Of a stretch of DNA of 64,000 bases, positions 33,631-42,159 are shown piece by piece (positions within the stretch are counted from its first letter, which is position 1; every line of letters begins with the position of its first letter). A program made the position numbers and the translations under genes. The DNA is taken from NCBI GenBank assembly GCA_965279375.1, contig OZ257156.1, positions 1,984,001-2,048,000 of the forward strand. Direction: 5' to 3'. The notes under the pieces are model-generated. The model did no database searches. It was not told the origin of the DNA and saw only the letters and a list, made by a program, of their open reading frames with translations. The DNA is from Gemmatimonas sp. (GTDB taxonomy: Bacteria; Gemmatimonadota; Gemmatimonadetes; Gemmatimonadales; Gemmatimonadaceae).

Positions 33631-35150
33631 GAGGCAAGCACCGGCAACATGCGGATCTTCTCCTGCCACTCACGTGGACCTGTTTCATGCACGTTGCTCC
33701 CGGCGGCATCCACCGCGACGGTCACCGGCATGTCGTGCACATCGAACTCGTAAATCGCTTCCATGCCCAAATCTTCGAAGGCCACGACGCGCGACGAACG
33801 AATCGCCTTGGACACGAGATACGCCGCACCGCCCACGGCCATCAGGTACGCGGCCTTGTGCTTGCGAATCGCCTCGAGTCCCGTCGGTCCGCGTTCGGCC
33901 TTGCCGATCATCGAGATAAGTCCCGTCTTCTCGAGCATCATCTCCGTGAACTTGTCCATGCGCGTCGCCGTTGTCGGACCCGCGGGCCCGACCGCTTCGT
34001 CGCGTACGGGATCGACGGGCCCAACGTAGTAAATCACGCGGTTCGTGAAGTCCACGCCCGAAGGAAGCCCTTCACCACTCGCGAACAGATCGGCGATGCG
34101 CTTGTGCGCCGCGTCGCGACCTGTGAGCAGCTTGCCATTGAGCAGCAGGCGATCGCCGGCCTTCCAGGTGGCCACGATTTCCGGCGTGAGCGTGTCGAGG
34201 TCCACGTGCTTGGCGTTCACATCGGGACGCCACGTGACGTCGGGCCAGTCCGAGAGACTGGGAATCGGCAGCTGTGCGACGCCACTGCCATCCAGCGTGA
34301 AGTGCGCGTGCCGCGTGGCCGCGCAGTTGGGGATCATCGCGATGGGCTTGGATGCAGCGTGTGTCGGGAAGTCGAAGATCTTCACGTCGAGCACGGTGGA
34401 GAGCCCACCGAGCCCCTGCGCGCCGATGCCAAGCGCGTTGACCTTGTCGAAGAGTTCGATGCGCAGCTCTTCGATCTTGTTCTGCGGACCGCGCGCCTTG
34501 AGCTGCGCCATGTCGATGTGCTCCATGAGCGATTCTTTCGCCATGAGCATCGCCTTGTCCGCCGTACCGCCGATGCCGATGCCAAGCATGCCGGGCGGGC
34601 ACCAGCCGGCGCCCATTGTTGGCACCGTCTTCATCACCCAATCGACGATGGAGTCACTCGGATTGAGCATCGCGAACTTGCTCTTGTTCTCCGAGCCACC
34701 GCCCTTGGCGGCCAGCTTCACCTCGACCGTGTCGCCTTGCACGATCTCGACATGCACAACGGCGGGAGTGTTGTCGCGCGTGTTCTTACGCGAGAACGCA
34801 GGATCGGCCACGATGGAGGCGCGCAGCACATTATCCGGCTGCAGATAGGCGCGACGTACGCCTTCGTTCACCATCTCTTGCAACGACAGCGTGGCATCCC
34901 AGCGCACGTTCATGCCGACCTTCACGAACACCACCACGATGCCGGTGTCCTGGCAGATCGGTCGGTGCCCTTCGGCGCACATGCGGGAGTTGGTGAGGAT
35001 CTGCGCGATCGCGTCCTTCGCCGCTGGTCCCTGCTCTTTCTCATACGCGTCGGCCAGCGCGTGGATGTAGTCGAGCGGGTGATAGTACGAAATGTGCTGC
35101 AGCGCGTCCGCGACGGACTGGATGAAGTCGGCCTGGGTGATGGTAGTCAT
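33627..35150 (-). CDS. fumA: Class I (Fe-S) fumarate hydratase
   Basis: PICQDTG, KGGGSENKS, GAGWCPP, NCAATRH, GRDAAHKR and GPTTATRMD. Confidence 0.93.
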   Translation of the reverse strand: MTTITQADFIQSVADALQHISYYHPLDYIHALADAYEKEQGPAAKDAIAQILTNSRMCAEGHRPICQDTGIVVVFVKVGMNVRWDATLSLQEMVNEGVRRAYLQPDNVLRASIVADPAFSRKNTRDNTPAVVHVEIVQGDTVEVKLAAKGGGSENKSKFAMLNPSDSIVDWVMKTVPTMGAGWCPPGMLGIGIGGTADKAMLMAKESLMEHIDMAQLKARGPQNKIEELRIELFDKVNALGIGAQGLGGLSTVLDVKIFDFPTHAASKPIAMIPNCAATRHAHFTLDGSGVAQLPIPSLSDWPDVTWRPDVNAKHVDLDTLTPEIVATWKAGDRLLLNGKLLTGRDAAHKRIADLFASGEGLPSGVDFTNRVIYYVGPVDPVRDEAVGPAGPTTATRMDKFTEMMLEKTGLISMIGKAERGPTGLEAIRKHKAAYLMAVGGAAYLVSKAIRSSRVVAFEDLGMEAIYEFDVHDMPVTVAVDAAGSNVHETGPREWQEKIRMLPVLAS

Positions 35151-35285
35151 GCCCGGAAAAATACACGCCGATTCGCATCCAAGAGCAGCGAGGGACCGTA
35201 CTACAGGGCAGACGGTATGACCATGGCGGCGGGTCGGTCGTCCTGCTCGTATCGGCGGTTCCAATCACGGTAGTCCGAGGTGCTC

Positions 35286-35807
35286 ATGTCTGGTCAATGG
35301 TGGCGGAGTCTGGGTGTGGCGCTCGTGCTCTTTCCTGCAGCGCTCCAGGCGCAGGACGCTCGGGGCGGAGCCAAGCCCGTGCCCGACCGCCTGCCCAGCT
35401 ATCGGCTGACGGACCAGTTCAACCGACTGATGACCGATGAATCCCTGCGCCGGCAGGCCTCAATCCTGATCGTGGCGGGGCGCAGCGGCGCGGCGGCTGC
35501 CGAACGCTGGACCAAGAGCCTCCGCGAAACGCTGCCGTCGTCTGACGCGCTGGTGGTAGCCATTGCCGACCTGCAGGGCGCACCGCGCATGCTGCGCGGG
35601 TTCATCCGCAGCATGTTCCCCAAGGATTCCAGCGCCTCAGTCGTGCTCGACTGGGACGGCGCGATCGGCCGCCCGATCCGCGGCGAAAAGGCCGCCGTCA
35701 TCGCCGCGGTGTACGGCGCCGATGGTCGACTGCGCGAGTGGATTTCGCTCCCCACGGCCACACCCGACGTCGCCACCATCAAGCGTCTGGTCGCAGCGGT
35801 GAACTGA
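35286..35807 (+). CDS. Exported hypothetical protein, possibly a non-redox thioredoxin-like fold
   Basis: Signal peptide ending ALQAQ; LPSYRLTDQF and VVLDWDG resemble redoxin-fold motifs, but there is no CxxC. Confidence 0.6.
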   Translation: MSGQWWRSLGVALVLFPAALQAQDARGGAKPVPDRLPSYRLTDQFNRLMTDESLRRQASILIVAGRSGAAAAERWTKSLRETLPSSDALVVAIADLQGAPRMLRGFIRSMFPKDSSASVVLDWDGAIGRPIRGEKAAVIAAVYGADGRLREWISLPTATPDVATIKRLVAAVN

Positions 35808-35826
35808 CCGCGCTGCCAGCGCGCCG

Positions 35827-37023
35827 CTAGGCTCTACTCCACGGCGCGCGAAACGCGTCGAGTGACACGCGCGGCACTTCATCGCGCATCAGCGACGCGA
35901 CAGACTCGCCGATGGCCGCCGAGTGCTTGAAGCCGTGTCCAGAGCATGGTGAGACCACCAGTACCTGTGACTGCTCAGGTACTGTGTCGATGATGAAGTC
36001 GAAATCGGGCGCGATGGTGTACAGACACGTCGCGGTGCGCAGCACCTCCGGCGCCAGCGACGGAAAACAGGGCGAGACGTACTGCGTGAACAGCCGCGAT
36101 GTCTCCTCGGCGGTCACCTCGCGGCGAATGGTATCCGCGGTGATGTGCTCTTCGTAGAACTCGGCTGCCACCTTCACGCCGCCCTCCGCACCGTCCACCG
36201 CGGGGAAGCCGTACACGTCGTGATTGTCTTCGCGCACCCAGATGTGCACGGGGCAATTGGCGGGTTCGAAATCGGTGACGGCGCCGTTCACTGCGAACCA
36301 GCACAACACCTGCCGTACGACGATGAAGTGCTGACGCACCGTCTCTGGTAGCGCAGGCGCGATCCACGCGCCCATGGAGAGAACGAGCTTGCGCGTGATG
36401 TAGCTGCCGCCACTCGTCTGCACGTGCACGAGTCCGTTTGCGTCGATGTCGTAGCGCAGAAACTGCTCGTGTCGATGAATCTCCGCGCCATGTGCGGCGG
36501 CCAGCGCGAGCTGCCGTCGCACGCATTCTTCGGGCCGAACGAAGCCGCCACTCGGCTCGAACAGCGCACGCTCGCTGTCGCGCATGTTGAAGACCGGAAA
36601 CCGACGACGCACCGTGGCCGCGTCGAGCGACTCGAGCGGGATTCCAAATGCGTCGGCGGATTCCTGCGTGCGCTTGAGGAAGCCCGGCTTGCCGTGAATC
36701 GCGAGATTGTCGTCGGCCGGCGCGATGTACAGCGCGCCACACTGCGTCAGCAACGACGCGCCAGTCTCCGCCTCGATCTCGCGCCAGATCTCGTGCGAAC
36801 GGATCGCCAGTGGCGAGTACTGCGAACCCTCGCCTATCGCGAGTCGTGTAATGCGTGTGTCGCCATGCGTGGAACCCATCGCGTGCGGCGGATCGAAGCG
36901 ATCGATACCAAGCACGCGCGAACCCTTCTTCGCCAGTTGATAGGTTGTCGCCGCACCAGCGGCACCGAGCCCAATGACGATGGTGTCGTACGGCGTGTCA
37001 CCCTGCGCGTCGTGAAGCGGCAT
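35827..37023 (-). CDS. solA: N-methyl-L-tryptophan oxidase / monomeric sarcosine oxidase
   Basis: GLGAAG, GSTHGDTRITR, TCLYT (FAD-linked Cys) and SGHGFK. Confidence 0.88.
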   Translation of the reverse strand: MPLHDAQGDTPYDTIVIGLGAAGAATTYQLAKKGSRVLGIDRFDPPHAMGSTHGDTRITRLAIGEGSQYSPLAIRSHEIWREIEAETGASLLTQCGALYIAPADDNLAIHGKPGFLKRTQESADAFGIPLESLDAATVRRRFPVFNMRDSERALFEPSGGFVRPEECVRRQLALAAAHGAEIHRHEQFLRYDIDANGLVHVQTSGGSYITRKLVLSMGAWIAPALPETVRQHFIVVRQVLCWFAVNGAVTDFEPANCPVHIWVREDNHDVYGFPAVDGAEGGVKVAAEFYEEHITADTIRREVTAEETSRLFTQYVSPCFPSLAPEVLRTATCLYTIAPDFDFIIDTVPEQSQVLVVSPCSGHGFKHSAAIGESVASLMRDEVPRVSLDAFRAPWSRA

Positions 37024-37065
37024 GGAAGCTCGTCTGCAATTCGTCTGGAAGTTCGTACGGGACGA

Positions 37066-37935
37066 CTACGTGGTCGATGGACGCAGCGCCGCCGAGCGTG
37101 GTGCCTTGCGCGCATGTGCACGCGTGCGACGCCAGGCTTCCCACACGTTGGCGACCAACAAACCTGCCAGCAGAAAATAGACAGCGCCAACCAGTTCGAA
37201 TACCGCGAAACTCACCACGGCGACGATGACGCCGTACACCAGCTGATCGCGATGCTTGGGGGGCGACGTCGGCGGATCGGTCACCATGAAGAACGCAAAG
37301 AACAGTGCCGCGTGCAGATCAGGTGCGCGATACAGTTCGGCCACGGTCCCTGGGTTGCCGCCGAATGCTGCCACCGTCGCCAACAGGTAATACGTGCCGA
37401 GGAACGCCAATACCAATGGCATCTTGTTCACGCGATCGGTGATGAACACGCCGGTGGCCAGCAGCAATGCCAATGTGAGCGGCGGCAACTCCGGCAGCGC
37501 GCCCCACCAGCTCTGCCCCGTGTCGAACATGTAGAACGTCGCGACGAGGGCCAGTGCTGCAGGATTGAAGACGTTCGCCGAACGGGTGCGCGCGACGTAT
37601 TTGCTCAACACCCCAACGGCTGCGGTGATGGCGACCACATGCCACGGCTCATGCGGGCTGAGCACCATGGCCACCAGCAGCCCTGTCAGTAGCGCGCCGC
37701 TCGGCAGCTCCCAGTGCCCTTCCCGCCAGCGCAGAATGGGCGCATCCACGAGCATCGCGACGACGGCCGCAGAGAGCACGCCCGGTGCCACCAGTGCAAA
37801 GCCCTCGCCCGTTGCCGCCGCGAGCACCAGCACGACGAGCACGATCGTCAACACGCCCTTTGGAGTGCGGAAGAAGCGGCGCGCCGAATCGGTCCACGTG
37901 CGCTTGATCGGCTCGTGCGGGTGATGCTCAGACAT
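37066..37935 (-). CDS. RnfD/NqrB-family membrane protein (stand-alone, short)
   Basis: SGALLTGLL, VFNPAALA and FFMVTDPPTSP; multiple TM helices. Confidence 0.82.
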   Translation of the reverse strand: MSEHHPHEPIKRTWTDSARRFFRTPKGVLTIVLVVLVLAAATGEGFALVAPGVLSAAVVAMLVDAPILRWREGHWELPSGALLTGLLVAMVLSPHEPWHVVAITAAVGVLSKYVARTRSANVFNPAALALVATFYMFDTGQSWWGALPELPPLTLALLLATGVFITDRVNKMPLVLAFLGTYYLLATVAAFGGNPGTVAELYRAPDLHAALFFAFFMVTDPPTSPPKHRDQLVYGVIVAVVSFAVFELVGAVYFLLAGLLVANVWEAWRRTRAHARKAPRSAALRPSTT

Positions 37936-37947
37936 CGTGAGACGGGC

Positions 37948-38895
37948 TCATGAACGCTCGGAGACGCGCGCGCGCCCGACCGGAAGGACGAGCGGTGATC
38001 CGACAGTGATTCGTTCCAGCGTCGGAGAAACGAGCAGCGCATCGACGCCCTGCGCATCGAGCAGCGCGGCACCTGCAACTGGCCCCAGTGCGAATGCGGC
38101 CGTCGCCAGCGCATCGGCAACCATCGCTGACTCGGCGATCACCGTCACGCTCGCCAGCGCTTCGGCAGGTGCACCACGACGCGCGTCGAGCAGATGATGC
38201 GCGCCGGACGCCGAGCGTCCTTCATAGTCGCCCGATGTGCACACCGCACAGTTGAGAACGGACAGTGCATCGAGAGTCTGCGTGGTATCGCGCGGATGTC
38301 GGATGCCGACTTGCCACGCCTCACCGTTGGCGTTGTGGCCACTCAGATAGAGATCGCCGCCCGCATCGATCGCAAAGTCGCCAAAGGGGGCCAGCTCCGC
38401 CTTCGCGAGGTCGATCGCCAGGCCTTTCGCCACTGCACCCAGGTCGAGCAGCAGCGGCTTGTCGATGGTCACCGTCGATCGCTCTGCGTCGAGTCTGATA
38501 TCACGCCAGCTCACCGACTGCCGCGCGATGTTCGACGATACGACGACGTCGCGGCGATACTCGCGGTTGAAGCCCAACTGCTCCATGGGCACGCCGACGG
38601 TAGGATCGAATGCGCCATCGCTGGCGTCCGCAACGCTGCACGCGAAGTGCAACGCATGAAAGAGCAGCGGGCTGACCACGATCTCCTCGCCCACGTGCAA
38701 GGAGAGCGCTCGGAGCTCACTCGTGATCTCGAAGCGCGAGCAGGTAGCCTCGACCTGATGAAACCAGTTGTACGCGCGCGCGACGGCACGACGACGCTCC
38801 TGCTGTTCCTCGAGCGTTGTACCATGCCCCACGATCTGCATCGTCACCACCGTCCCCATCAACGCGGCAGTCTCGATGTAGCTCGTGTCGTTCAC
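37948..38895 (-). CDS. apbE: FAD:protein FMN transferase
   Basis: MGT, GAFDPTV, LDLGAVAKG, DAGGD, WQVGIRHP, TSGDY and ADALATA; GTGA overlap with the upstream gene. Confidence 0.92.
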   Translation of the reverse strand: MNDTSYIETAALMGTVVTMQIVGHGTTLEEQQERRRAVARAYNWFHQVEATCSRFEITSELRALSLHVGEEIVVSPLLFHALHFACSVADASDGAFDPTVGVPMEQLGFNREYRRDVVVSSNIARQSVSWRDIRLDAERSTVTIDKPLLLDLGAVAKGLAIDLAKAELAPFGDFAIDAGGDLYLSGHNANGEAWQVGIRHPRDTTQTLDALSVLNCAVCTSGDYEGRSASGAHHLLDARRGAPAEALASVTVIAESAMVADALATAAFALGPVAGAALLDAQGVDALLVSPTLERITVGSPLVLPVGRARVSERS

Positions 38896-39713
38896 TTCGC
38901 CTTGAGCAGTGCGTCCACGACGGCGTAGTAGTACGCGTTCGTGCTTTGCGTGGCGCCGGAGACGTAGTCCACGTCGGCGCTCTGTCGTGCGATGACCTGA
39001 GCGGGCAGCGCGGAGATCCACGAACACGAATAGCGCGTGAGGCACTGCGCGATGCGCGCCGACACGATGCGTCCGCCCTGTATCTCCACTTCGGCTTGTA
39101 TGTCGCCGTGGCGCGATGTGCCCCAGCCGAAGTACACGCCGTCGCTGTAGCCGACCTTCTTGGGCGGCGCGGCCGCTTCCACAGGAGCAGCAACTGGCGC
39201 CGCAGGCGGCGGCGTGACGGGTGCGGGCGCGGGGGCAGCGATCGGCGCAGGCGTGGCCGCAACGACGGGCGTCGGATCGGCGGGAGCGGGGGGGCTGACG
39301 ACGGGCGCGGCGGCGATGGTTGGCGCTGGCTCGGCGGCCGACACGGGAGTGGTCTCAGGCGTCGCGGATCTGTTCCGATCGTTGCCACTCTTCCGAAGAG
39401 CCGTGTCGGAGGCGGTCGCCGTTGGTGCGATCACCGCCGCGGCGGTCACCGCCGCTGCGGCGGACGCGTTCGTCTTGTCCGACACTCCGACGGCGCGCTC
39501 GGCCGACTGCGGAACGGAACCCGGCCCTTCTGCTTCGAGCGATGCGGGTCCGCGCAGTTGACCGGAGGGGCGGCGCACGGCGCTCTCGTCGGAGAATCGC
39601 TGCGCCGCCGCGCGCGTTCGCGCAAAACCAGCCGAATACACGGCCAGCACCGCGGCAGAGCCGAGTGCGACCAGGTTGTTCGTGCTGGCCTTGGAACGGG
39701 ATCGACCGGACAT
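38892..39713 (-). CDS. Membrane-anchored FMN-binding (flavinylated) protein
   Basis: N-terminal hydrophobic segment, Pro/Ala linker, then YSDGVYFG and the flavinylation motif DYVSGATQST. Confidence 0.88.
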   Translation of the reverse strand: MSGRSRSKASTNNLVALGSAAVLAVYSAGFARTRAAAQRFSDESAVRRPSGQLRGPASLEAEGPGSVPQSAERAVGVSDKTNASAAAAVTAAAVIAPTATASDTALRKSGNDRNRSATPETTPVSAAEPAPTIAAAPVVSPPAPADPTPVVAATPAPIAAPAPAPVTPPPAAPVAAPVEAAAPPKKVGYSDGVYFGWGTSRHGDIQAEVEIQGGRIVSARIAQCLTRYSCSWISALPAQVIARQSADVDYVSGATQSTNAYYYAVVDALLKAK

Positions 39714-39778
39714 CAGCTATCGGATCACGGAAGACGACATGGGAACGAGAGGCGACCGGCGCTACGGGCGTGCTTCAG

Positions 39779-41245
39779 TTACGGCACCGGCGTCGGATTC
39801 GTTGCCAGCAGCTTGGTCAGCCGGTACAGGAACTCCTGCCCCTCGTAGTATGACTGGATGCGCATCCGCTCGTCGCGACCGTGGGCGCGGGCGTCCACGC
39901 TGGGGTCCATGAAGAGGCCGGAGACGCCGTATGACGGCACGCCGATCGCGAGGAAGAAGCGCGAGTCGTTGGCGCCGGTGGACATCGTGGGGATCACCGG
40001 AATCTTGCCGAAGAGATCCTTCGTGATCTGCGCGACGGGGCCCATGATCTCGGGCGACATCGTCGCGGGCGGCGACGACGGACGCTGCGACTTGATCAGC
40101 ACCTTCACCGTGGTGTCGCGGATCGCCTTTTCGAGCGCAACGCGCACCTCCTCGGCCGTCTCGGTTGGATAGATGCGGCAATTGACGTTCGCTTCGGCGA
40201 GCTGCGGCAACGCATTGGTGGCATGTCCGCCCGAGAGCATGGTGGCGACGCAGGTGGTGCGCAGCATCGAGCTGTACTTCTCGTCGGCGGCGACGACGGC
40301 GACGGCGGCCTTGTCGGCAGGATTCGTCACCAGCGCCTTCATCGCTCGACCCATCGCGGGAGTTTCAAGCGGTGCCGTCTGCGTGAAGAACGATCGCGTG
40401 ACTTCGCTGAGCTTCACCGGAAACTCGTAGCGGCCGACCTTGGCGAGCGCATCAGCCAGCGAGGTGATCGCATTGTCCGCGCGCGGCACCGACGAATGTC
40501 CGCCGCGATTGGTGACGTGCAGTGTGTAGTTGGTCGTGATCTTTTGCGCGAGCTGAATCGTGTTGAAGAGCGGCTTGCCATCGCGCAGCACACCGCCGCC
40601 GCCCTCGTTGATGACGATACCGGCGTCCACGAGATCGCGATGCTTGTCCACCAGCCATCCGGCGCCGTTGAACGGTCCGCTCTCCTCATCTGCCGTGAGT
40701 GCGATGATGATGTCGCGATCGGGTACATACCCTTCGGCCTTCATGCGAAAGAGATTCGCCACAAAGATCGACGCCATCGCCTTGTCGTCTGCGGTGCCGC
40801 GCGCGTAGTAGTAGCCGTCCTTCTCCGTGAACTTGAACGGATCGAACTCGGGCGACCAATCCGCCTTGAGCGCCTCCACTACGTCGATGTGCGCGAGCAG
40901 CAGCACTGGCTTGCGCCCCGCCGGATTCTTGCCGCGAATGCGCGCGACGACGTTGTGCTTTTCTGGCTGCGGACCGCCGACAAAGATGTCCGAGTCGGGG
41001 ATGCCCGCTTCACGAAAGCGCTTGGCCATCGCGATCGCGCCGTTGGTGATGTTGCCCGTGGTCACGCTGGTGTTGATCTCCACCAGCTCCTTGTAGATGT
41101 CGTGCGCCTTCTGCTGCATCGGCGTGAGCTTGCCCGGCGTGTATATCGGCGATGCGGGCGCTTGCGCGGTGGCAACAGCACTTGCTGTCACCGACAGCGA
41201 TACAACAGCAGCGAAACGAGCGAGAGCATGGCGAGATGCGATCAT
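39779..41245 (-). CDS. Exported M20/M25/M40 metallo-hydrolase
   Basis: Signal peptide; AHIDVV, RGTADDK, ADEE, NEGG, GGHSS and AHGRDER. Confidence 0.9.
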   Translation of the reverse strand: MIASRHALARFAAVVSLSVTASAVATAQAPASPIYTPGKLTPMQQKAHDIYKELVEINTSVTTGNITNGAIAMAKRFREAGIPDSDIFVGGPQPEKHNVVARIRGKNPAGRKPVLLLAHIDVVEALKADWSPEFDPFKFTEKDGYYYARGTADDKAMASIFVANLFRMKAEGYVPDRDIIIALTADEESGPFNGAGWLVDKHRDLVDAGIVINEGGGGVLRDGKPLFNTIQLAQKITTNYTLHVTNRGGHSSVPRADNAITSLADALAKVGRYEFPVKLSEVTRSFFTQTAPLETPAMGRAMKALVTNPADKAAVAVVAADEKYSSMLRTTCVATMLSGGHATNALPQLAEANVNCRIYPTETAEEVRVALEKAIRDTTVKVLIKSQRPSSPPATMSPEIMGPVAQITKDLFGKIPVIPTMSTGANDSRFFLAIGVPSYGVSGLFMDPSVDARAHGRDERMRIQSYYEGQEFLYRLTKLLATNPTPVP

Positions 41246-41357
41246 GGCGAAGAGCTCGGCGTGGGACTCGACAGCGATGCGGAAGCGATACTGCGCAGGG
41301 ACCTGTGGCTCCTCCCGCGAATCTACATCCTCCGCGCTTGACTCGGCGCGCTCGCCG

Positions 41358-41420
41358 AGCGTAGGCTCCAAGCGTAGGCTCCAAGCGTAGGCTCCAAGCG
41401 TAGGCTCCAACCGTAGGCTC
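41358..41420. repeat. Tandem repeat, 4 full copies plus 1 partial copy of 13 bp (AGCGTAGGCTCCA)
   Basis: Read directly; lies between the divergent M20 and Uma2 genes. Confidence 0.95.
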
Positions 41421-41573
41421 GCCGCGCACGATCAGGGTGCACGAATCTGGCGCTGCGCGGGACGACGCAGTGTGGTGATCCCGGGCGAAATGTTTTGGTG
41501 ACGGCCGCTTTGGCGACTGCGCGCATACCTGCCCCATGCGACGCAGACCCCTCTCGCCAAGGACATACCGAGC

Positions 41574-42131
41574 ATGCTCATGGCACAGACAACCGCGGGC
41601 TGGACGCTGGCCGACCTCGACCGACTCCCGGACGACGGCAACACGTACGAGCTGGTGGACGGGGAGCTGCTCGTGACGCCGGCACCGTCCACGGGGCACG
41701 AGGAGCTCGCGACCGAGCTGATGGCAATTCTCGTCCCGTACGTGCTGGCGCAACGACTCGGTCGCGTGCGCATGCCGCGGTCCGTCGTGCAGACACAAGG
41801 CTCCCAAGTGGAGCCGGATCTGATGGTACGCCCGGCCACGCCATCCCGTCCGCAGACCTGGGCAGAGATGCCGACGCCCTCGTTGGTCGTCGAGATCGCT
41901 TCGCGGACGACGCGCCGACGAGACAACGAACAGAAGCGCTCGTTCTACCTGCGCATCGGAGTGGCGGAATACTGGATCGTGGATCGCGAGACGCGCAGCA
42001 TTCGCGTGGTGAGACCGCAGTCGGAGGACGTCGTGGCGAAGACGGAGCTGGACTGGTGGCCAGAGGGTGCCGCAGAGCCGCTCTCGATCGACGTGGCGGC
42101 CTACTTCGACGCGGCGTTGGGTCCGGCGTAG
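41574..42131 (+). CDS. Uma2-family (PD-(D/E)XK) endonuclease-like protein
   Basis: YELVDGELLV, EPDL, VVEIAS and GVAEYWIVD. Confidence 0.9.
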   Translation: MLMAQTTAGWTLADLDRLPDDGNTYELVDGELLVTPAPSTGHEELATELMAILVPYVLAQRLGRVRMPRSVVQTQGSQVEPDLMVRPATPSRPQTWAEMPTPSLVVEIASRTTRRRDNEQKRSFYLRIGVAEYWIVDRETRSIRVVRPQSEDVVAKTELDWWPEGAAEPLSIDVAAYFDAALGPA

Positions 42132-42150
42132 CGGTCAGTCGCTACGCCGG
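42123..42150. terminator. Hairpin between convergent Uma2 and fccB genes
   Basis: 11-bp perfect stem CCGGCGTAGCG / CGCTACGCCGG with 6-nt loop. Confidence 0.55.
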
Positions 42151-42159
42151 CTCCCGTCG

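Noticed and set aside
33687..35273. 528-aa plus-strand ORF opposite fumarase
   Set aside because: Antisense shadow of a conserved gene in GC-rich DNA; no motifs.
37066..37935. Complete Rnf/Nqr complex
   Set aside because: Only one subunit homolog is present.
41574..42131. Uma2 as a mobile element or defence system
   Set aside because: A common solitary family; no flanking repeats, methylase or integrase.
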